A stretch of DNA of 64,000 bases. Origin: Candidatus Xenobia bacterium (lineage in GTDB: Bacteria; Vulcanimicrobiota; Xenobia; Xenobiales; QWHO01). The position numbers and the translations under genes are program-made. Shown here piece after piece: positions 1-8,929 of this stretch (within the stretch, counting starts at the first letter, position 1; each line of letters opens with the position of its first letter). The notes under the pieces are model-generated. The model was not told where the DNA came from. It did not search any database and saw only the letters and a program-made list of their open reading frames with translations. The stretch is taken from the NCBI GenBank assembly GCA_045863235.1, contig BTUM01000013.1:59817-123816 (forward strand), written 5' to 3'.

Positions 1-57
1 TGGGGGGGGCCATCGGCGGACTGCTCGGCTAAGTCATCGGGCGCTTTCTTGGAGAGG

Positions 58-85
58 AAGAGACGGGTCTGACCCGTCTCTTTTT
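58..85 (+). terminator. Intrinsic terminator, probably bidirectional
   Basis: AAGAGACGGGT-CTG-ACCCGTCTCTT-TTT: 11-bp perfect stem plus T tract, between a probable partial + ORF ending at 32 (…GAIGGLLG*) and the convergent gene ending at 84. Confidence 0.8.
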
Positions 86-701
86 ACAGACGCACCTGCA
101 TGCCGAAGCGCTCGATCAAGCTTTCCAGAAAGGAGAGGAGGTCGGGTAGCTCCACCGGACGCAGCAGGCCCTCCGGGAGCCTGGTCGGTCGGGACCGGGC
201 CAACTGCACTGCCAGCGCTGACGGGGTCAGACCCAGGTCTTTGGAAGCCGCTCCCTTTGCGGCTGCCAGGAGATCGACCCGATATCGCTCGAGAAAGTAG
301 AGGTCCACCAGCAGGCTGACCTGGGCGCCGCTGGCCAGGCGCAGCAATCGGTCAGCCGCCAGGTCCTCCAGGGAATCGGCCTGGATCCCATTCTCCATGG
401 GCTTGCTGGTTTCGAGCACGTGGGCATGGTCCACCATCAAGTCGACCTCTTCATAGCGGATGAAGCCGGGGAGAACCTGGCGGGGCTGGCTGGTGACCTC
501 GCTCTGAAGCCGGTCGAGCGCCTCCTGGCTGGTGAGCACCACCTCCACTCGGTCCACCTGACGATGGTGAAACCAGAAGCCGGCAAGAGCAGCTTCTCCG
601 CCCACGAATCGCTCGCTCTGGCCGGGTAGATACATCTGGATGAACGCCCAGGCCCGAGGAGGGAGCAACTCGGGGTTCCAGCCCAGCGGACGGCTCATCA
701 A
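84..701 (-). CDS. AbiEii-like nucleotidyltransferase-fold protein with degenerate motifs
   Basis: GGEAALAGFWFHHR resembles GGTAL…HR; DSLEDLAAD and DLYFL resemble the AbiEii C-terminal part. Confidence 0.55.
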   Translation of the reverse strand: MMSRPLGWNPELLPPRAWAFIQMYLPGQSERFVGGEAALAGFWFHHRQVDRVEVVLTSQEALDRLQSEVTSQPRQVLPGFIRYEEVDLMVDHAHVLETSKPMENGIQADSLEDLAADRLLRLASGAQVSLLVDLYFLERYRVDLLAAAKGAASKDLGLTPSALAVQLARSRPTRLPEGLLRPVELPDLLSFLESLIERFGMQVRL

Positions 702-814
702 ATGGGCGTGGGAGCCGTTGTCACGGCTCCCACCTGGGTGACTCGATATGTTGGGGCGCGGAACACTTCAGGGTTTGTTCGACATCCCTCCTGTCCTTTT
801 ACTTTTTCATTCGG

Positions 815-1270
815 TCAGATGCTTTCCAGCGAGCGGAAGCGCTTGGTGAAGTCGCGGATCTTCTCGCGCTCGAAGAAGCTGCACATCAAGGCCAGCTCGC
901 CCCGGCACTCGCCTTCCACGATGAGGGCCGAGGTTACCCGGGCTTCCATCTCCAGCGTGCAGTGTCCGAGCAGAATCTGCAGATGCATCTCGTCACCCAC
1001 CCCGAAGCGCGTGTCGCTTCGAAAGTTGACCCGGGCGGGGGAGAGCAGGTTGGTCATGAGACGAACCGGTTCGGCATCCCAGGGCCGCTGGCCCATCATA
1101 ATCAGGATGCGGTCCACCTTGGTCATCGGGACAAAATCGTCGGCGGGAGAGCTGGCCAGGCTCGCTTTGACGGGAGTCGCGACGGAGCGCGCCGGTGTCG
1201 GGAGGCCTTTGAGCTGGTGAATCAGCTCCATAGCTTGACGGGCCTTGCGCCCGAAGAATCCTGTCATCAT
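815..1270 (-). CDS. PilZ-like domain protein
   Basis: Beta-rich C-terminal domain (FRSDTRFGVGDEMHLQI…MEARV…EKIRDF); SD-like GAGGTG upstream. Confidence 0.5.
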   Translation of the reverse strand: MMTGFFGRKARQAMELIHQLKGLPTPARSVATPVKASLASSPADDFVPMTKVDRILIMMGQRPWDAEPVRLMTNLLSPARVNFRSDTRFGVGDEMHLQILLGHCTLEMEARVTSALIVEGECRGELALMCSFFEREKIRDFTKRFRSLESI

Positions 1271-1350
1271 AAATCACCTCTGCGAGAAGCTGGGGGAGGT
1301 TTTGTGTCCTCAGTATAGCCTGGTGACGGCTCTCGCGTCTGTGAGCGGGA

Positions 1351-1779
1351 TCACATGTCCTCCAGCACTGAGAGTCGCAGGCTGGCCACGATCGTCTCCA
1401 GGGCCGGGCGGTGACTGTCCTGGAACTCGGCCGGGCAGTTATAGGAGAGCAGGGCCCAGGTGGCTTGATTCCCCACCACCCAGAGTTGCCAGAAGTGCTC
1501 TCCCTCGGTGTATCGATAGGAAACCCCCTGGCTTCCATCGGCCTGGATGCTGGTCAGAGCGTCGGCAGCCACAGGGCGTCCTCGCAGGGTGAGAAAGCCC
1601 GCCAGCATCCGGGAGAGATTGGGAAGCCGGGTAGGGTCCTCCACCGCCTGGGCAGAGATGACCAGGGCGCCGGGCGCGCCCGGGGGGACGGCCGCTCCCC
1701 CGTCGGGCTCGTTGTGCCAGCCCCAACCGGGCGGAAGGTCGAGGGCGAAGAGCCCGGTCGGATGGACGATCTCCAACAT
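1351..1779 (-). CDS. DcrB/PsbP-like fold hypothetical protein
   Basis: FALDLPPGW N-terminus and ETIVASLRL C-terminus are typical of the Mog1p/PsbP-like fold. Confidence 0.5.
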   Translation of the reverse strand: MLEIVHPTGLFALDLPPGWGWHNEPDGGAAVPPGAPGALVISAQAVEDPTRLPNLSRMLAGFLTLRGRPVAADALTSIQADGSQGVSYRYTEGEHFWQLWVVGNQATWALLSYNCPAEFQDSHRPALETIVASLRLSVLEDM

Positions 1780-1780
1780 G

Positions 1781-2932
1781 TCAGACCCCAGTATAGCGGG
1801 CCCGCGGTCTGATCATCCAGCCCTGGCGGTACTGCTCCATGGCGTGAGCCAGCCAGCCCGCTGTGCGACCGAGTGCAAACAGAGTCAGAGGAGCTCCTGA
1901 GGGCAGAGACATGGACCGGGCCAGGCTGACCAACGCGAAGTCGAGCGAGGGGGGCCGCAGGTGCAGGCTCTCGGCAGCCTGGAGCAGCTCGCGCCCCAGG
2001 GCGCAGGCCGTCACCTTATCGAGCAGATGGCGCGCCCGGGGGTCTCCCTCGGGGTAGAGGGGGTGGCCGAAACCTGGGATGGGCTCGCCCCGTCGCAAAC
2101 GGTCTTCCAGGGTGGGGCGGGCGCCGCGGTGGCTGGCCTCCTCGAAGAGTGCCGCCACGCGACGGGTGTGCCCCCCGTGACGACCACCCTCCAGGGCTGC
2201 CAGGGCCGCGCCCACGACCGCGTAGGGACTGGCTTCGGCTGAGGCCACGCAACGGGCCGTGAAGGCGGAGGTGTTCAGCTCGTGGTCGGCGCACAAGATC
2301 AGGGTGGCCTCCAGGGCTCGCTCCGCGGCCGGGTTCCCGGGGGTCCACGCCGAGGCCAGGGAGCGAGCCAGCGGGCGCCCGGCTCGGTGCGAGTCGGTGA
2401 GACAGCGTCCGAGCAGGGTCAGGATGCGAGAGCCCGTGCGGCGAACGGAGTCCGGCTGGAGATCGCGGGCGGCCGGATCGGTGGAGCCGGCCGCCACCAG
2501 GACCAGCCGGAAGGCTTCAGTCGGCTCCAACCTGCTCGCCAGCTTGAAAGCCTCCTGCCAGGGGCCCGGGGGAGGGAGGCCAGGTCGGTGCTGACCTTCC
2601 CAGAGGAGCTCCACCACTTGCTCGAAGCACGTTCGCGAGGCCAGCTCGGTGGCCAGCTGACCGCGGTAATAGAGCTGGCCGTCTTGAATGCAGGTCAGCG
2701 CCGATTCCAGCACGGGGCTCCCCCATTGCAGGGCTTCAGCGGCCGCCTGCTCGGGATGGCGGCGATGGCGACGGCGGCTGGCCAGCCGTTCGACCTCCTC
2801 CTCTCGATACAGGCAGCGTCGTGTGCCCGGCTGGCCTTCGGAGCCGAGCAGGCCGCGACTGACGTAGCTATAAAGGGTGGCCGGGCTGACACCCAGCCGC
2901 CGGCAGGCTTCTTCGGCGGTGAGGTAACTCAT
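1781..2932 (-). CDS. HTH (MerR/excisionase-type)-citrate synthase fusion
   Basis: YLTAEEACRRLGVSPATLYSYVSRG HTH followed by ADHELNTSAFTAR, HGG and PGFGHPLY citrate-synthase motifs; start placed at ATG 2932. Confidence 0.9.
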   Translation of the reverse strand: MSYLTAEEACRRLGVSPATLYSYVSRGLLGSEGQPGTRRCLYREEEVERLASRRRHRRHPEQAAAEALQWGSPVLESALTCIQDGQLYYRGQLATELASRTCFEQVVELLWEGQHRPGLPPPGPWQEAFKLASRLEPTEAFRLVLVAAGSTDPAARDLQPDSVRRTGSRILTLLGRCLTDSHRAGRPLARSLASAWTPGNPAAERALEATLILCADHELNTSAFTARCVASAEASPYAVVGAALAALEGGRHGGHTRRVAALFEEASHRGARPTLEDRLRRGEPIPGFGHPLYPEGDPRARHLLDKVTACALGRELLQAAESLHLRPPSLDFALVSLARSMSLPSGAPLTLFALGRTAGWLAHAMEQYRQGWMIRPRARYTGV

Positions 2933-2981
2933 GTTGATTGCTTGATCAAGATTGACGAACCAGATCAATCTATACCATGAT
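2933..2981. promoter_or_regulatory. Divergent promoter/operator region of the citrate-synthase pair
   Basis: TTGACG(2952)-18 nt-CATGAT(2976); inverted repeats AGATTGA-N9-TCAATCT (2949-2971) and TTGAT-N6-ATCAA (2934-2949). Confidence 0.6.
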
Positions 2982-3012
2982 GGGCGCGAGTGGAGCAAGG
3001 AGGAAGCATCGG

Positions 3013-4056
3013 ATGACAACCGGTTTGGAAGGCGTAGAGGTGACCCAGACTCACCTCAGTCGGGTGGACGGGATCAAGGGGGAGCTCGTGCTGCGGGGCC
3101 GACGACTGGAGGAGTTGGCCGGCAAAGTCAGCTATGAGAGCGTATGCGGGCTCTTGTGGGAGGAAGAGGAGGTCGAGCTGGGCAGAGCCCGGGCTCTGGC
3201 CTACGCCCAGTTCGAGAGCTGGTTCGAGCGAACCGACGGGCTGACCTATCCCGGAGCCCTGCGCCTGTTGCTCACCATCTTGCGTCCTGAGAGCGAGGTG
3301 AAGCCTCACCATCTCGCCGCCGGGGCGGTGGCCGTTGGCCTGGCCAACGTGATCCGGCGCCGTCGAGGATTGGCACCGGTGGCCCCGCGGGCCGAAGTGG
3401 GTCAGGCTCAGAGCCTGCTCGAGATGCTGGAAGCTGGCCCTGTCGAAGAGTCGCGCTGGAAAGCGCTGGAGGCCTATCTGGTCACCGTGGCCGAGCACGG
3501 GCTCAACCCGTCCACCTTTACCGCGCGAGTGATCGCCTCCACCGGGGCCGAGCTCTTTCCTACCCTGGTGGGCGCGCTCTCCGCTTTAGAAGGGCCCCTT
3601 CACGGCGGAGCTCCAGGCCCGGTGTTGGACATGCTGGATGCCTGCCAGGCCGATCCGCGGGGCTGGATCCGCGAGCAGCTGGCCCGCGGTCAGCGCTTGA
3701 TGGGCTTTGGGCATCGAGTCTACCGGGTGCGCGATCCCCGCGCCGAAGTGCTGAAGCGAGCGGTGCTGACGCTGGCTCAGAGCCCACGCCTGGCGCAGGC
3801 CGAGACGGTCGAGCGGGTGGCTCTGGAAGAGCTGGCCCGGCACAAGCCGGATCGGCGCCTGGAGACCAACGTCGAGTTTTACACCGCCGTTCTGCTCGAG
3901 GCCGTCGGGCTACCGCGAGAGGCGTTCACGGGCGTGTTCGCGACCGGACGGGTGGCCGGCTGGTCGGCCCATTTCTATGAGCAGAAGCACGGGGGCCGCC
4001 TGCTGCGCCCGGTCGCCCGCTACGTAGGTCCAGAGCCGGCGAACGGAGAAGGCTGA
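3013..4056 (+). CDS. Citrate synthase / methylcitrate synthase family
   Basis: GLEGV, EHGLNPSTFTAR, GPLHGGA, MGFGHRVY, DPR and TNVEFY motifs. Confidence 0.92.
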   Translation: MTTGLEGVEVTQTHLSRVDGIKGELVLRGRRLEELAGKVSYESVCGLLWEEEEVELGRARALAYAQFESWFERTDGLTYPGALRLLLTILRPESEVKPHHLAAGAVAVGLANVIRRRRGLAPVAPRAEVGQAQSLLEMLEAGPVEESRWKALEAYLVTVAEHGLNPSTFTARVIASTGAELFPTLVGALSALEGPLHGGAPGPVLDMLDACQADPRGWIREQLARGQRLMGFGHRVYRVRDPRAEVLKRAVLTLAQSPRLAQAETVERVALEELARHKPDRRLETNVEFYTAVLLEAVGLPREAFTGVFATGRVAGWSAHFYEQKHGGRLLRPVARYVGPEPANGEG

Positions 4057-4059
4057 TGG

Positions 4060-4596
4060 ATGAGAAAGACCACCTTCTTCCTGCTCAGCGCGGCCATCTG
4101 CGTGCTGGGCGCCCTGGCTCAAACCTCGGGCCTTGCACCGGGAGACTTTGCGCCTGCCTACGATCCCACCCACGTGGCGGGGCCTGACAAGGGCACAACC
4201 ACCTGCCCGGTTTGAAAGTACGGCCCCAGACCTGCGGTGCAGGTCTATCTTCAAAATGAGACCCCGGCCAATACCGTGGCCATCGCCAGGGTGCTCGACG
4301 AGGCCGTCAAACAGCACCAGAAAGCCGAGTTCAAGGCTTTCATCCTGTTCAAGCCGGGTGATCCGGCTGAGGCCACCCTGGTCAAGCTGAACGCCCCTGG
4401 CGTGGGGGTGGCCACCTTGCAGGGTGAGGCCATTGAGGCGCTCAAGCTGTACAAAGTCAGCTCCGACCCCAAGGTGAAGAACACCGTGATCTTGTATCGC
4501 AAGCGAAAGGCCGCCGAGACCTTTGTCAATCTCGACTGCACTCGGGAGGCGGGCCGAAAGACCCTGCTCGATGCGATCGCTCGTCTGAGCAAGTAG
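4060..4596 (+). CDS. Predicted exported selenoprotein with CxxU (CPVU) motif, thioredoxin-like; in-frame TGA at 4213-4215
   Basis: ATG 4060 gives a signal peptide (MRKTTFFLLSAAICVLGALA), then …GPDKGTTTCPV-TGA-KYGPRPAVQVYL, in frame with ORF 4237-4596; hairpin downstream of the TGA. Confidence 0.8.
4228..4246 (+). promoter_or_regulatory. Candidate bacterial SECIS element
   Basis: AGACCTGC-GGT-GCAGGTCT, a perfect 8-bp stem with a G-containing loop, starting 12 nt after the UGA. Confidence 0.7.
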
Positions 4597-4655
4597 CGTC
4601 AACGGTTGAAAAGGGTTCCTGGAGAAGGGGGCGGAATATCGCCTCCATCCTTCTC

Positions 4656-5261
4656 ATGGACATCGCAGCAACAATCGCTGAAGCTCGCGGCGCTCTCGCC
4701 GAGGGTCGAGCCAAGGACGCCCTGGGTCTTCTGTCCGACGTACTCCGTGAAGACGTGGCTTGCGAGCCGGCCCACGACCTTGTCTTCGACATTCTTTCCG
4801 AGCCGAGTCAGAATCTCGAGCTGGTTGAGTTCTATCGCGACCTTCTCAAAGTTCACGTCGAAGATACCGAGCTGACCATCCGCCTGTCGCGGGCTTACGC
4901 TCAGGGCAACAAGGATTCGCTGGCCGTCCTTCAGCTGCAGAAGATCCTGAAGAAGGAAGCCAATCCCAAGGCTTTTGCCGAGTTGGCCCGCACGTACGGG
5001 CGGATGAACAAGATCCGGATGGCCCTGGAAGCGATCAACAGCGCCATCGCCGCTGACCCCTCCTATGGCGCGGCTCATCGCGAGCGTGTGCGCCTGCTCA
5101 CAGCTTCGGGCGAGAAGGATGAGGCGGCCGTGCATGCCGTCGACTCGCTTTGTTGTGCCGAGCTCGACCCCGACACCCGGGCCTGGCTGGAGGTGGCCGA
5201 CGCCTTTTTAGAGGCCGGCCACAATCCCCCCGATGGCTTTCTGCACAACGGCAAGGCCTGA
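4656..5261 (+). CDS. TPR-repeat protein
   Basis: Helical repeats such as AFAELARTY…ALEAINSAIAADPSYGAAH. Confidence 0.75.
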   Translation: MDIAATIAEARGALAEGRAKDALGLLSDVLREDVACEPAHDLVFDILSEPSQNLELVEFYRDLLKVHVEDTELTIRLSRAYAQGNKDSLAVLQLQKILKKEANPKAFAELARTYGRMNKIRMALEAINSAIAADPSYGAAHRERVRLLTASGEKDEAAVHAVDSLCCAELDPDTRAWLEVADAFLEAGHNPPDGFLHNGKA

Positions 5262-5304
5262 TTTTCAGCTCTTTGTAAGAGCTAAAGGGTAGCCTTGGCA
5301 GGCT

Positions 5305-5883
5305 ATGACACTGACTTCTCTACCGAGCCTTTCGGCCGGACCGGCCGCCCAGAAGAGTCGCCCCCCTCGAACCGCTCTTCAAAAGCATGTTGATTTCTTT
5401 GACCGCAATGGCGACGGTCAAATTCGCGTTTGGGAGACCTACCAGGGTTGCCGGGCGCTGGGGATGGGGCGGCTGCTCTCGACTGGCGCAGCCGTGGCCA
5501 TCAACCTGGCCCTGGGCATCAAGAGCGGGTCGCCCTGGTATAAGCTGCTCACGATTCAGACGGATGGAATTCACCAGGGAAAGCACGGGGGAGACACGGG
5601 CATCTATGACGCCGACGGCAACTTTGTGCAAGCCAGGTTCGACGCGATGTTCGCCCAGCACGACAGCAACTCCGACGACGCGCTCAGTGAGGCCGAGGTC
5701 GAGCAGATGCTGGTCGTGAATGGAGGCGGCCAGCCCAGCCTGGGCTCCAAGGCGGAGTTTGGCCTGCTGATGAAGCTGGCCGGGGAGGACACGCCCGACG
5801 GGCGGGTGCTCACGCGCCAGCGCCTGGAAGCTTTCTACGACGGCTCACTCTTTTACCAGCTGGCCGGGGAGAAGGTCCCCTGA
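5305..5883 (+). CDS. Caleosin/peroxygenase family protein
   Basis: TALQKHVDFFDRNGDGQI (His plus EF-hand), ETYQG, IHQGKHGGDTGIYD and YDGSLF are caleosin hallmarks. Confidence 0.85.
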   Translation: MTLTSLPSLSAGPAAQKSRPPRTALQKHVDFFDRNGDGQIRVWETYQGCRALGMGRLLSTGAAVAINLALGIKSGSPWYKLLTIQTDGIHQGKHGGDTGIYDADGNFVQARFDAMFAQHDSNSDDALSEAEVEQMLVVNGGGQPSLGSKAEFGLLMKLAGEDTPDGRVLTRQRLEAFYDGSLFYQLAGEKVP

Positions 5884-5912
5884 GACTCGAGATTCTCCCC
5901 ACCCTGATCATC

Positions 5913-6356
5913 GTGGCAGCGGTCGTGTTGACGGCCGTCCTCGGGGCCCTGGCCACCAACCCGCAAAGTGCCTGGTATCTCGAGCTGGTCAAGCCTTCCT
6001 GGCAACCGCCCGGGTGGCTCTTCGGGCCGGTCTGGACGCTCCTTTACGCGCTCATCGCCACCAGTGCGGTCATCGTCTGGCATGCGACCGAGGGAAACGC
6101 TCGCCGCGAGCTGATGCTGCTCTTTGCCGTCAACCTCATGCTCAACCTGGCCTGGAGCGCGCTCTTCTTCCGGGCTCAGTCGCCGCTGGGAGGCGGGGTG
6201 GAGATCATCCTGCTGCTGGGGTCTATTGCCCACCTTGGCTGGCGTTGCTCCAGCCTCAGCCCGGTTGCGGCCTGGCTGCTAGCCCCCTATTTCGCCTGGG
6301 TAGCCTTCGCTACCATCTTGAACTGGACGATCGCCATCTTGAACTGGGAGAAATGA
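5913..6356 (+). CDS. tspO: TspO/MBR tryptophan-rich sensory protein (may start at CTG 5880)
   Basis: WYLELVKPSWQPPGWLFGPVWTLLY, LNLAWS and LLAPYFAWVAFATILN. Confidence 0.92.
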   Translation: MAAVVLTAVLGALATNPQSAWYLELVKPSWQPPGWLFGPVWTLLYALIATSAVIVWHATEGNARRELMLLFAVNLMLNLAWSALFFRAQSPLGGGVEIILLLGSIAHLGWRCSSLSPVAAWLLAPYFAWVAFATILNWTIAILNWEK

Positions 6357-6359
6357 AAA

Positions 6360-6384
6360 GTGGCACGCCCCCGGGGGGTGCCAC
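6360..6384. terminator. GC-rich hairpin between convergent genes
   Basis: GTGGCAC…GTGCCAC stem. Confidence 0.5.
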
Positions 6385-6402
6385 ACCCGAACCCGGATCA
6401 GT

Positions 6403-7629
6403 TCAGGGCTGAACCCCTGCGCCGTCAAGCTTGTCGCCAGAGGCGTTGTACCAGCTCTCGGCCGGAATCTGCAGGGCGGTCCCGTTGGCCAGGGGCACCA
6501 TGGTCAGGCTGGCCGGTTGGCCCGCGGTGGTCGTCCCGACCAGTTGGGCCCCGTTTTCCTGCAAGCAGGAGGCCAGCAGCTCGGCCGAGCCGCTGGTCTG
6601 CTCATTGACCAGCACCGTCAGTTGCCCGGAATACTGGCGCGGGGTCATTGTCCGCAGCTCGTGGCGGGAGCCCTCGCGAGACTCCATGCGGGCCACCAGG
6701 GTATCAGCCGGAACGAAGCTGCTGGCGATGCGCTGAACAGCGGTCACGTCGTGGCCCCCCAGGTTGCGCAGGTCGAGCACGATCTGGCTGGCGCCCTCCA
6801 ACTCGCTCAAGGCCACGCTGACCTGGTCGGCACTGGTGTAATCGATCCAGTTCAGCTGGATGTGGCCGGTCCTGGAATCGGACCAGGAGGAGCTTACCGA
6901 GGGCCCGGGGTCGATGGGCTCGCGGGTGATGCTCATGCGGCTCACCTGTCCCTGGCGCTCGACAGCGATCTCCACGCTGGTTCCGGCCTCGCCTCGCAGG
7001 CGGGTCATGCCGGTGTACAGGCCCATTTCCAGGGTGGACTCGCCATCGACCTCGATGATGCGGTCGCCGGGCTGCAGGCCGGCGCGCTCGGCCGGGTGAC
7101 CGGGCAGGGGACGTTGGATGACCAGGCCCTGACCATCGACGCTGGGGGCAAGCACCGCCCCGATGCCGTTCATTGGCAACGAATAGAGCGACTGGTAGGC
7201 CTGCATCTCTTCCGTGCCCATCAGGCGAGCCTGCCCGCTCACGGCCTGAGCCAGGCCCTCGGTGGCAGCCTGCCACAGCCGGTCGGTCGGAACCTGGGCC
7301 GAGAAAGAGCCGACGAAGCGCTCTGGCTGGCCCGGCAGATAGAGCATCTGCATGAAACCGACCAATGCGGTGCTCTGGCCACTCTCCTCCAGTTCGGCGC
7401 TGACGGCCTGGGCCACGCTCTGGCTGATCTTGCGATGGTCGAGCTGGCCTCGATCTTCAAGTAAGCTCAAGGTCTCCTGGTAGACCTGCTGCCCGGTCGA
7501 AGGGCAACTCGCCAACTGTGGGCGGGCTTGGAAGGGGCAAGAGCCCCCCGTAGGGAGGGTGCTGAGCGCGCTCATCGCTCCCAGTCCGAGGATCAGGATG
7601 CTGCTGGGCCAGATGCGACCTTTGTTCAT
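6403..7629 (-). CDS. S41 (CtpA/Prc-like) peptidase with PDZ domain
   Basis: GIGA PDZ loop, PAERAGLQPGDRIIEVDG, LDLRN, LVNEQTSGSAE. Confidence 0.85.
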   Translation of the reverse strand: MNKGRIWPSSILILGLGAMSALSTLPTGGSCPFQARPQLASCPSTGQQVYQETLSLLEDRGQLDHRKISQSVAQAVSAELEESGQSTALVGFMQMLYLPGQPERFVGSFSAQVPTDRLWQAATEGLAQAVSGQARLMGTEEMQAYQSLYSLPMNGIGAVLAPSVDGQGLVIQRPLPGHPAERAGLQPGDRIIEVDGESTLEMGLYTGMTRLRGEAGTSVEIAVERQGQVSRMSITREPIDPGPSVSSSWSDSRTGHIQLNWIDYTSADQVSVALSELEGASQIVLDLRNLGGHDVTAVQRIASSFVPADTLVARMESREGSRHELRTMTPRQYSGQLTVLVNEQTSGSAELLASCLQENGAQLVGTTTAGQPASLTMVPLANGTALQIPAESWYNASGDKLDGAGVQP

Positions 7630-7698
7630 GCTGGTTCACCTTCAAGCGGTTGGAATAGGGACAGATTTCTTCGCCCCTCCCCGGCAGGGGACCTGTCG

Positions 7699-8898
7699 AT
7701 GATAGGCCAACTTCCTGGACAGGTGGAGCAAGATCCCGAGCTCGGAGAGCTGCTGAAGGGACTGCGCTCGGAAGGCGAGATCGACTCTTCCGGCTCGTTC
7801 TCGGTCGACTTCCTGCAGGCCCAGCGCAAGCTCGGCCAGTATCAGCTTTCCCGCCCGGGTGAAGGTCTGCTGAAGATCATCCAGGCCTGCGTGGCCTCGG
7901 CGGCCAGCGCGGTGGACCTGGTCAACCGCGGGGCACGGCTCACCCTCAGGGCGGATGCCCGTTTGCCCGAAGACGAGCTCCGGAAGCTCGATACTTACTT
8001 ACTGCACACTCACGTGCACGGTCCGCGTAGCCTGCACCACCTGGCCGTAGGCCTGAATGCCCTGGTGGCAGAGAAGCCCCGAAGGCTGGAGCTGCGCTAC
8101 GGGTCGTGGCTCTGGACGCCCGAGCAAGAGTGGAGTGAGACCGCCGAGCATCGTCCCCGGCTGGAGTTGACCCTGCTGCGCGGAGAGCGCCAGGAGGCTC
8201 GCTGGGAACGGCTCGGGGACGCCCTGCGGGTGCCGCTCTCCCAGGTGCCTCACTACCTTCGTCGGGCCGCCCGCTCGGATCTCGACGAGGTGGCCAGCCG
8301 CACGGCTTTCTGTCCGATTCCCGTTCGCCTGAATCGGGTGCTGCTCAACAATCCGACCCTGGAGGCCCTGTTTGCGCCTCGTCGCCAGATCTTGCAGTTG
8401 GGCATCCTCACTCAGGGGGGGGCGCCGGCCGAGATGATCGCGATTCCGAGCGAGCGCAAGGCGCGACTGGCCGAGCAGATCTGGGCTCCCTCGCTGTACT
8501 CGCTTCCTGCTCCTCGTCTCAAGCAAGATCCACCGCCTCGTCCCGTGCAGCTGCCTGGCAACGACCGCAAGGTGGTACTGGCTCACGGGGTGCTGATGTT
8601 TCTGAGCGATCCTCCGGGGCCGGAGGCGGCACTGCTGTTCGTGCAGGACGGGGTGACCCTGTCCCTCAAGCGGGCCGACCTGGGGTTTCCCGGGGTGGTG
8701 GCGGTGCTCTCGGCCCACGGCCTCAAGACCGACCTTTCTGGCTTTGACCTGCTCGAGGACGAAGCCTATCAAGAGTTGCTGGCTCGATTGCGCTACCAGG
8801 TGCGCGACCTGGTCTATCACGTGCAGGGCCAGCTGGAGGGAGCCAGCTGGCTGGACCGGGCGACCTGGGGCGCGCCCTTTCTGCGCCCCCTGCGGTAG
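7699..8898 (+). CDS. Hypothetical protein
   Basis: Long ORF with GC-rich codon usage; start placed at ATG 7699. Confidence 0.65.
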   Translation: MIGQLPGQVEQDPELGELLKGLRSEGEIDSSGSFSVDFLQAQRKLGQYQLSRPGEGLLKIIQACVASAASAVDLVNRGARLTLRADARLPEDELRKLDTYLLHTHVHGPRSLHHLAVGLNALVAEKPRRLELRYGSWLWTPEQEWSETAEHRPRLELTLLRGERQEARWERLGDALRVPLSQVPHYLRRAARSDLDEVASRTAFCPIPVRLNRVLLNNPTLEALFAPRRQILQLGILTQGGAPAEMIAIPSERKARLAEQIWAPSLYSLPAPRLKQDPPPRPVQLPGNDRKVVLAHGVLMFLSDPPGPEAALLFVQDGVTLSLKRADLGFPGVVAVLSAHGLKTDLSGFDLLEDEAYQELLARLRYQVRDLVYHVQGQLEGASWLDRATWGAPFLRPLR

Positions 8899-8929
8899 GG
8901 ATTGGCCCCCGGGGCCCAAACAGGCAAGC

